Shown one piece after another: positions 54,555 to 64,000 of a stretch of DNA of 64,000 nucleotides. Below the pieces are notes generated by a model, which saw only the letters and a list, made by a program, of their open reading frames with translations, was not told the origin of the DNA and did no database searches. The stretch's first letter is position 1. Every line of letters begins with the position of its first letter. The stretch is from Octopus vulgaris (Eukaryota), in NCBI GenBank assembly GCA_951406725.2, contig OX597817.1:149668001-149732000 (forward strand). Direction: 5' to 3'. Position numbers and translations under genes: made by a program.

Positions 54555-55379
54555 ATGTATGTATGAATGTATGTATGTATGTATGTATGTATTTATGTGT
54601 GTATATATATATACACACACACACACGTATGTGCGTCATTCTGTCTGTATTTTCCCCCCATCACCACCACCACCACCATTTGACAACCGGTGTTTGTTTT
54701 TCGACTGAATAAGTATCAGAATTTTAAAAATAAATACTGGGGTAGAATTGGTCAACTAAAACCCTTCAAGGTGATGCCCCAGCGTGGCCGCAGTCCAATG
54801 ACTGAAGCAAGTGAAAGATAAAAGGTACATGGTTACCCTTTCTCATCAACGGTTATTAAAAACTGATAACTATGAAGAAAGAGATATCATTTCTAATACT
54901 ATTAATTTAATATAGTAATACATTAGCGCGTAGTAAATTACACTCGTATAAAACTTTCACCCAGTAGATAATTTGATAACCAGAAGTAAGCTACATCATG
55001 TACGAAGAAGTACAGCAATGATGGCGACAAATCTTCTCTTGGGTCTCATTTCAAACGAAAGTAAATTTGTTCCAAAATTAAGTCAAAAGCTTGCTGTGAC
55101 AATATTCACGTATATAGATAATTAATGTTATGTAATTAACGTCATTTGTTATAAACAATTTGTAAATGTTGAATGCTATATAATAAGTAGTAAGTGCCTT
55201 CACAGAACATGAGGGTCAAGGGAATAACCAGACTTTTGGAATCGAATCGGCTGAAATACAAAAATGATATCACTGTTTCTCTATCATTGAATGCTCGAAA
55301 TGATGATTAGCTGCATTTCAGATAAACTGGCAATGAATTAATACTTCAAACACACTAATGCACTAATGGAACTCCTTTT

Positions 55380-55870
55380 GTAAGCAACCAGAACTAATAG
55401 TTGGGACGACAGCAGAAGTAAGAGTCGTTATCTAGACAGCGTTATCTCTGTTCCAACATGAAATTCGGGTGAAGAGCAAGGCTACGGTGTGGTCGGAAGA
55501 ATATGAAAATGTCGTCGACGCCATCAGCAAAGTGGTTAAATGTGAGTTAGACTAGTTGTGCAACGCCTACAAAAACTACGATGTTTTATAGGCGGAAATC
55601 GTTGCTTATGAAGACAAATGTACTGGAATTTGGAGTGAAACAAACTTGGAATGTATTCTGCTATTATCTAATTGGATTTTCTGGTCACAAAAGTGTCGTG
55701 TGAGAGTTATTAATTGTAGTTGTTGGCAGAGAAATAGATCAAAAAATATTTCGAACAGGCTAAATAGATTGAGATCAGAAAGAGATTTCGGGATATCAGG
55801 AAAATTGACAAAGCACAGAGCACATCAGTTGTACAAAGCAAATATGCTAGCGAGAATACAACTACCCTGA
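55380..55870 (+). mobile_element. Possible L1/Tx1 endonuclease-region relic
   Basis: WDDSRSKSRYLDSVI resembles TW....SRSYLDRV; the rest is heavily decayed. Confidence 0.3.
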
Positions 55871-56749
55871 AACCAGTAATACGGGTGAGAAATAGTCGAA
55901 AAGGGATACAAAGAAATGCGTGTGTGTGCGTGCATATGTGTGTGTGTTTGTATGTGTGTGTATTTGTGTGTGTGTGTGTATGTGTGTGTGTGTGTGTATG
56001 AGTGTTTGTGCGTGTTTGTGTCTGTGTGGTATGTTTTATTCCAGAGGATAGCAAAGATACGCCTGATTAAACTTAATATAACCACTGTCATTGTGATTAT
56101 AGCATTTTGTAAATAGCTTCGGAAAAAGATCAATCACACATAAACAGAAACACTTTCCTTATTAATATAAGAAATCAAAGAGTTGTATGATTTATATATT
56201 GATGTTGTGCTTTGCTATTTGCTGATGAAAAACAGATCGTATTTTGTCGATTTTGGCGACAATTTCTTGACATATATGCTTTGATTTTCTACTTTAAAAA
56301 TAAGAAGAAGAAAAATAAAAATATCTATTCCATCAAACGTTTAGTTTTGTTTTGTTTTATTAGTGATATATTTATTATTTATTAACAAATTTAGTTTTAG
56401 ATCAAACATTATTTAATCGGATTTTTGTGTTTAGCGATCAGTGAAATTGTTTGGAGGTGTTATTACGTACATTCACAAATATGAACAAGTTAACTAGCAC
56501 CCCACCCCGAAACTACCATCAATACAATTATTATTCTCTTTCTAGTTTCCACCATTCCTTTGACAGAAAAAAATTACGCTTGAGTACAGCAATATTTATT
56601 GAAACATTACAGAAGTAAGATTTCTTTTTGAGTGTTCGGGACTCGTACATTGCGACTTTCATTTCATAGGTTCGGTTTATTTTAAACGCTTTAAATATTT
56701 GAAAACTGGAACCAAGAAAAGATCCAATGTTATACAGCTTTACTCCTCA

Positions 56750-57665
56750 GTTCGGTTTATGGATGTGTTTGGCATCGTCGATGTGTAAAAGAATATCGAA
56801 GCAACAAGCAAAGAAAATGCAAAATAAAATGTATTAAACGGTTTGGTTACTGTGACGGTGGGAGAGGTGAATGGAATCCGTAGTTGCGTTTCGACTTTAG
56901 ATATCAGCATCTTCAGAACTTCGTATGCGCAGTAAATGATAAAGGAATGTTCCATGGAATAGAAACGGAAATTATTGTAAAGAAAATAAAATCAATGGAG
57001 ATCAACGAGAAACCGCATTCACCAAAAATATATATTGACCAAAAATAAATATTACATTTGAGGGTAAACTGAGTGAATTGACACCAAAGATAAAATACCT
57101 GGGATATATGCAATCAGGGGACGGGTGATTTGAAGCAGAAATCAATAGAAAGATTTTGATAGTTTCGAAGTCATTTGAAAACTGTCAAAAACACTAACAT
57201 CAAAAAGCATTAATATCGAAAGTAGGAAAAGATAATTAAAGTGTTATATAGGGTTCAGTGTTCTATATAGAGATGAAACAGGGACATTAACAAAAGCATT
57301 ATCAAATAGATTTATACACACCTTTGAAATGTGGGCGTATAGAAATTTTTTAAATATCAGCAGAGAAAAGAAACAATAAATGCTATGATATTGTAATAAA
57401 AATATTTTTTTTTTAAATCAAGAAAATTTCATTAGACGCCATCAAAGAAAAAAAAACTAAAATATCTTAGACACATAATTAGAAAAAAATTATTTTGTGA
57501 GGCTGTTAATAGAAGGCATGATGAATGGGAAGAGAGGAAGTGAAGAATCAAGAATTATATGGAGAGGTAATAATTTGGCAGTGAATGTATAAGGAGAGCA
57601 CATGAATGACTAAAATGGCGACCCATGGTAGTCAACTTGTTAAGAACAGACGATGCCTGAAGACG
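56750..57665 (+). mobile_element. Decayed RTE-clade LINE 3' part
   Basis: LQNFVCAVNDKG..KKIKSM, KYLG, EAEINRKI, FEMWAYRKFL, LKYLRHIIR, LIEGMMNGKRG in order across frameshifts. Confidence 0.75.
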
Positions 57666-59084
57666 TGACGGTGATGATCAGGAGAAGGAGGAGGAGGAAG
57701 AGGAGGATGCGAAGAAGGAGAAGGAGGAGGAGAATGGTCTTAGTTACTCCACGATTAATGGTTGTTAAAGAACATAAACAATGAGATCTTGTTTTATACC
57801 TAATTAAAAAAAAATATTTAGTTTGCAAGAGTATTTAATTCCTGATTGTAGGAAACTTCACATTGTTGATGTTGTTGTTGTTATTGTTGTTATTGATGTT
57901 GTTTTTGTTGTCGTTGATAATGATGATGATGACGACGACAACCACGAGAACGATGTTGTTAGTGGTCTTGTAGTGATATTGCTGACGATGATGATGGTGA
58001 TGATGATGATGACGACGACGACGATGATGATCATGATCATGATCATGATGATCAGGATGATGATGATGATGAAAGTGTTGCTGCTGCTGCTGCTATCTGA
58101 CCGCTATTTAGCCCTGATCGAGAAGATTTATGATCAAACTTGTTCCAAGTACGACCATTCCGTCTTTTAATGTATCTATGACTGCATTGCCCAATATGGA
58201 CTTCCCTTTTTCAAGATGATGTGTGAAATGGGAAATAAAAAGGTTAAACTACATTGGATAGAAAATAAGACCAAAAGCTCTTTTCATCCATCACTTAACT
58301 ATACGTTCTTCGTGCAGAAGGCACTCCAAAACTAATTTTCCCGTGTCATATTAACATTATATCAACTTACCTAATCAGTTATTTCACTGAAAACTATTAT
58401 CTTCTTAGTCATTCTAAGATCTGCTGAATATGTAAAAGTCTTCCTTGAGGAGGCTTAATAAGACTGAAACATATTCAGTGTTGTCGCTACATTTACCAAA
58501 AAATCAGATGACTCCTCATTGCAAGCAAGAAGATCCCATTCAATTTTAATCAAATTAGATTTCGGGATTACCTTCCTTCCTTTTCTTGACAAGATTTGTC
58601 ATTAATACTAATGCTGTTTATTTATTTTATTTTTTTATCTTTTATCTTCAAGAATTACTTTTGGTCTATTACATTAAATATGGTAGTCATCACTTCACAG
58701 TATCATCACTTGTCCTTACTTCTGGTGCATTTTCATAACGATTTATGCAATGATGCGATTCCATCTTGGGAATCACAAAACATCAGAAATGATAATTCTC
58801 TCGGAAGACGACCGTTTTTATCAGATCCAAAATTTCTAGTAATTTGATATCATATTTATGCAGCAAACTGCAGCAATTCTGTATCCAGTTATTTCCATGC
58901 AGTCCAGCAGGGAAAACTGTTGACTCACACAAAAAAATATTACTGTTTACTAACAAACTAGCAAAGCTCACTTGCTACGCTGCGCTGGGTAAACACTCAT
59001 ATAATTGGTTTGCTTCTTACAAGAGATTGCATGAGCGGGACTCACGTAACAAATCAACGAACTTAATTCATTCTCTCAAATATA

Positions 59085-59943
59085 CAGGGTGCCCCAAAAG
59101 TCAATGATGGGTTTCAATTTTTAGTAACTTCCTTAACTTCACAAAATAAATGCATGAAATTTTGATACAATATAAAGGACATAATGGAAATTAATATGCG
59201 CAAGTCAAATTTTGCAACACTGCTACATCACATATGGAAAATGGCATCTCTTAAATGGCAGCCATTTTCGGCTTCGCACGCCCGTGTTCTTTCCAAAACT
59301 TGCACCATAAAACCCTCAAGAATTCCAGACCTCACTTCTCTGATTTCTCTTTTGATGTTCTCCTTCAGTTGCACCAGAGTCTCTGGTTTTTTGACATAAA
59401 TCCTCTCTTTCTGGTATCCCCCAAAAGAAAAAATATGGGCTAGTCAAGTATGGGAAACATGAAGGCCAGCTGACATTGCCATAGCGGGAGATTATTCTCT
59501 CTCCAAAGCACAGCTGTAGCAATTGCATTGTTTCCCTTGTAGTATGAGCAGTTAACCCATCTTGCTGGAACCATATGTGACGTCTACTTTGAAAAGCCTT
59601 CACGTTCCGAAGACTTGACTAGAGAGAGTTTACGTTAACAAACTGGAGACCCCGATGCAGCTGAAGGAGAACATAAATAGAGAAATCAGAGAAGTGGGGT
59701 CTGAAACTCTTCAGAGTATTATGGTGCAAGTTTTGGAAAGAGCACGGGCATGTGAAGCCCAAAATGGCTGCCATTTAATCGATGTCATTTTTCATATGTG
59801 ATGTAGTAGTGTTGCAAATTTTAACTCAGGCATATTAACTGCCATTATGTCCTTTATATTGTATCAAAGTTTCATGCATTTATTTGTAATGTTAAGGAAG
59901 TTATTAAAAATTAAAATCCATCAGGGATTTTGGGGAGACCTTG
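59085..59943 (-). mobile_element. DD41D (rosa/Visitor)-type Tc1/mariner derivative with TIRs of about 320 bp
   Basis: TA-CAGGGTGCCCCAAAA ... TTTTGGGGAGACCTTG-TA; arms 59085-~59408 and ~59621-59943. ORF 59316-59603 WFQQDG..WP..PYLTSPYFFFWG has 41 residues between the D and the (mutated) third catalytic position. Confidence 0.85.
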
Positions 59944-60520
59944 TATAAGAAACTCTGATTAGCTTTCATCTTTGGTTATTTTGAAAACATGCAAACTTAA
60001 ATAAAATTATGCAACTGCACCCCTCGCTCCCCAAAGTTACAGGACTTGTACTAAAATTTGCAACTATTATTATTACAATTAATACAATTAGTGAGTGCCG
60101 GCTGAAATCTCGGCGTGCCGGAAAAACTTACTCCTGCTTTCTCTCTCTCTTTCTCTCTTCCTCTCACTCATTCACTCACTCTCTGAGGTGTATAACAGTT
60201 TACTAAAAGACATTTATATTTAAGATAAGACTTATCAGTACTCCTCGTGATCCCGAGAACAAAATGGAAAAGGCGTTTCCTTGAAGGATGGTGAGGAAGA
60301 CGCGCTGAAACAGGCACTCCGACTCACGGGACTCGCACTAGTGGATAGCTATCTCTGACCCGATAGAAGTGAGCAGATACATAGTGCCAAATGACTCGGC
60401 AGACCCAATCCGGTCAGAGAGTACTCACTAAAGTGAGTACGTATTTGTACTCACGATAGGACTATCACCAACCCTACTTTGTTAAACTAAATACCTGATT
60501 CTCTCGAATCCTGGAAATTT

Positions 60521-60561
<41 letters not shown>

Positions 60562-60563
<2 letters not shown>

Positions 60564-60860
60564 ACGTGACCGACCAGGCTATCAGATGTTGCTACACATC
60601 ACCGGTCACAATGCGTTTCGCATTGTTTTAGCCTTCAAATGACGCCACCCCGCTGGCTAAGCGAGCAGGCCAACAGAAGAAAGAGTGAGAGAAAGTTGTG
60701 GAAAGAGAGTGCAGCAGGGACCTCTGCTATCCCCTGTCGGAGCCTCGTGGAGCTTTAGGTGTTTTCGCTCAATAAACATGCACAATCCCCGGTCTAGGAA
60801 TCGAAACCGCGATCCTACGACCGCGAGTTCACTGCCCTAACCACTGAGCCATTGCGCCTC

Positions 60861-60862
<2 letters not shown>
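60562..60862 (-). mobile_element. SINE with family C head but a different 3' tail
   Basis: Head GTGGAGGCGCAATGGCTCAGTGGTTAGGGCAG..GGTTTCGATTCC matches 48225, then diverges after CTCACTCTTTCTTC. Confidence 0.8.
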
Positions 60863-60908
<46 letters not shown>

Positions 60909-61546
60909 CTAGCAATATCGCCCGGCGTTGCTCGGGTTTGTAAGGGAAATAACTATATAAGCATTTTTAGAGAGTTATAGCCAAAAAATAGCAAAAAATG
61001 CATTAAAAATGGAAAAAATATGATGGTAAATTTTTTTTTAAATCGTTGACTCATCGTAGACATTTTTAGAGAGTTACTTCCCTTATATAATAGCGAAAAA
61101 ATGCATTAAAATGGAAAAAAAAACGATGGTAAATTTTTTTTTAAATCGTAGACTCATGTAGACGCTTTCTTAGCCATTTCTGTTTTGGTGTCTTCAAGCC
61201 ATGAAGTCGTTGTTCTAAAAGAACACTGGTCTCCTTGACAACGCATTACGACGTTGATTTCCTTACACTCCCTTCCCCACAGGTGCAGGTGTGAGCGTGG
61301 ACGCCAACTCCGCCGCCATCGACACACGAAAAATTATGCATTAAAATGGAATAAAAAATGATGTTAAATTATTTTTAAAATCGTAGACTCATCGTAGACG
61401 CGCGCTAATATTCAGACGGGCTCGATATGAATCACGACTATAAGATACCCGAATTTGGTTAAACTGTACCGCAAAATGTGGGAGTAGTTAGGAATCTAAA
61501 TCGAAGGGGACAGACACTCACACAACTACAGTTTTATATATATAGA
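60909..61546 (-). mobile_element. Non-autonomous Helitron, long variant (copy 1)
   Basis: 5' TC at 61546-61545; 3' hairpin CCCGAGCAACGCCGGG plus CTAG at 60912-60909. Confidence 0.88.
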
Positions 61547-61559
61547 TATACATAGCGCA

Positions 61560-61981
61560 GTAGTGGTGAGATATGACAGCAAAGAAAAGCATACATTCAC
61601 TCTCTGCATGCAATTAGACTCGGAAAGTTCGTGAGGAACCCATTGACCCAATTTGCTGACTTTTCCGATAGCACACAGGTGTCAATGAATGGTTGAATGA
61701 CCAAATCCAAGCTTCTCTGCTAGTTCCTCAACAGTTACGATGATATTTTGTTCCACCAGGGTTTTCAGGATGTCCTTGTCGAGTTCTACAGATCTTTCAG
61801 GATGAGGCTCGTCTTCTAGGCTGTAGTTTATGGCTCGGGATTTCTGGAACCACCATTGACACTGCCTTACGCTTATTGTCCAATCCCCATATACTGCATT
61901 AATATTTCTTGTACTTTGCACACATTTATATTCTGTTATTCTTTTATATGTTTCAGCCTTGAGGTTGTGGCCATACTGGAT

Positions 61982-61985
<4 letters not shown>
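61560..61985 (-). pseudogene. mariner transposase N-terminal fragment (copy 1)
   Basis: RNINAVYGDWTISVRQCQWWFQK..SLEDEPHPER..TVEELAEKLG..STIH*HLCAIGKVSKLGQWVPHEL (HTH and WVPHEL motifs). Confidence 0.9.
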
Positions 61986-62017
<32 letters not shown>

Positions 62018-62246
62018 TATCTGTCTGTCTGTCTGTATGTATATATGTATATGTATGTGTGTGAACAATAATATTTTCAACAGATGTGTTGCAAATGTAT
62101 CTGATTGTTCTCAAGCTTCAATACTGTGTGTGTGTGTATGTGTGTGTGTGTATGTATGTATGTATGTATGTATGTATGTATGTATATGTATGTATGTATG
62201 TATGTGTGTATGTATGTATGTGTGTGTGTATGTATGTGTGTGTGTA

Positions 62247-62279
<33 letters not shown>

Positions 62280-62732
62280 ATGTATGTATGTATGTATGTA
62301 TGTATGTATGAGTGTATGTTTACTTTATTACTAATTACTCTCTTCCAAGAACATTTTCACTCACTCTTAGCTCTTAGCTTCCCATACATTTTACTCATGT
62401 ATCTATCAGCGTCATAGACAGAATACTTTCACTTTAGTCTTCCTCAAATCACTCTGTCGCTATTTACTTTCATTTTATTCGTTGCCCACTGTGTGTGTGC
62501 GTTTGCGTGTGGTGTAAACCAGACTAAGAAAAGCATTTGACACACACGCCAGAATGTGAGTTTTCTGTAAATTTTGCTTAATTGGAGTTTAAATTTTAAA
62601 AACTGGACCTGGCATGACGCGATGCATTGTACTCTTAAAACTGCTAGGTAAATTGTAATTGAAGAAATCCTATATTGTAGATTTGTATAACTCCCAAAGG
62701 GAGGCAGATAAAATCTGCCTTTTATAATAAGA

Positions 62733-63369
62733 CTAGCAGTATCGCCCGGCGTTGCTCGGGTTTGTAAGGGAAATAACTATATAAGCATTTTTAGAGAGTT
62801 ATAGCCAAAAAATAGAAAAAATGCATAAAAAATGGAAAAAATATGATGGTAAATTTTTTTTTAAATCGTTGACTCATCGTAGACATTTTTAGAGAGTTAC
62901 TTCCCTTATATAATAGCGAAAAAATGCATTAAAATGGAAAAAAAAACGATGGTAAATTTTTTTTTAAATCGTAGACTCATGTAGACGCTTTCTTAGCCAT
63001 TTCTGTTTTGGTGTCTTCAAGCCATGAAGTCGTTGTTCTAAAAGAACACTGGTCTCCTTGACAACGCATTACGACGTTGATTTCCTTACACTCCCTTCCC
63101 CACAGGTGCAGGTGTGAGCGTGGACGCCAACTCCGCCGCCATCGACACACGAAAAATTATGCATTAAAATGGAATAAAAAATGATGTTAAATTATTTTTA
63201 AAATCGTAGACTCATCGTAGACGCGCGCTAATATTCAGACGGGCTCGATATGAATCACGACTATAAGATACCCGAATTTGGTTAAACTGTACCGCAAAAT
63301 GTGGGAGTAGTTAGGAATCTAAATCGAAGGGGACAGACACTCACACAACTACAGTTTTATATATATAGA
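62733..63369 (-). mobile_element. Non-autonomous Helitron, long variant (copy 2)
   Basis: Near-identical to 60909-61546 at an offset of 1824 bp. Confidence 0.88.
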
Positions 63370-63382
63370 TATACATAGCGCA

Positions 63383-63808
63383 GTAGTGGTGAGATATGAC
63401 AGCAAAGAAAAGCATACATTCACTCTCTGCATGCAATTAGACTCGGAAAGTTCGTGAGGAACCCATTGACCCAATTTGCTGACTTTTCCGATAGCACACA
63501 GGTGTCAATGAATGGTTGAATGACCAAATCCAAGCTTCTCTGCTAGTTCCTCAACAGTTACGATGATATTTTGTTCCTCCAGGGTTTTCAGGATGTCCTT
63601 GTCGAGTTCTACAGATCTTTCAGGATGAGGCTCGTCTTCTAGGCTGTAGTTTATGGCTCGGGATTTCTGGAACCACCATTGACACTGCCTTACGCTTATT
63701 GTCCAATCCCCATATACTGCATTAATATTTCTTGTACTTTGCACACATTTATATTCTGTTATTCTTTTATATGTTTCAGCCTTGAGGTTGTGGCCATGCT
63801 GGATCATG
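63383..63808 (-). pseudogene. mariner transposase N-terminal fragment (copy 2)
   Basis: ORF 63505-63807 is nearly identical to copy 1. Confidence 0.9.
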
Positions 63809-64000
63809 TGTGTGTGTGTGTGTGTGTGTGTCTATCTGTCTGTATGTATATATGTATATGTATGTGTGTGAACAATAATATTTTCAACAGATGTGTTGCA
63901 AATGTATCTGATTGTTCTCAAGCTTCAATACTGTGTGTGTGTGTATGTGTGTGTGTGTATGTATGTATGTATATGTATGTATGTATATGTATGTGTGTAT

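Overview
AT-rich, repeat-dominated eukaryotic DNA. The SINE families and microsatellite load look like an octopus (coleoid cephalopod) genome; this is inference from recognised repeat types, not a database match. I cannot support any intact host protein-coding gene, and most track ORFs are microsatellite artefacts. The window holds three tRNA-derived SINE families, decayed R4/Dong, RTE and CR1/Jockey-like LINEs, hAT and Tc1/mariner relics and MITEs, non-autonomous Helitrons, and several minisatellites. Best observations: (1) a 352-nt partially tandem element in (TA)n at 11269-11743 with a perfect minimal type I hammerhead ribozyme, plus three diverged relatives with covarying hairpins, suggesting a retrozyme/Penelope-dependent family; (2) about seven more hammerhead-like motifs, some in fold-back insertions; (3) a head-to-tail Helitron concatemer with an exact CTAG|TC junction and a captured mariner fragment (60909-64000); (4) SINE multimers sharing the same junction at independent loci; (5) a long-TIR DD41D-type element.
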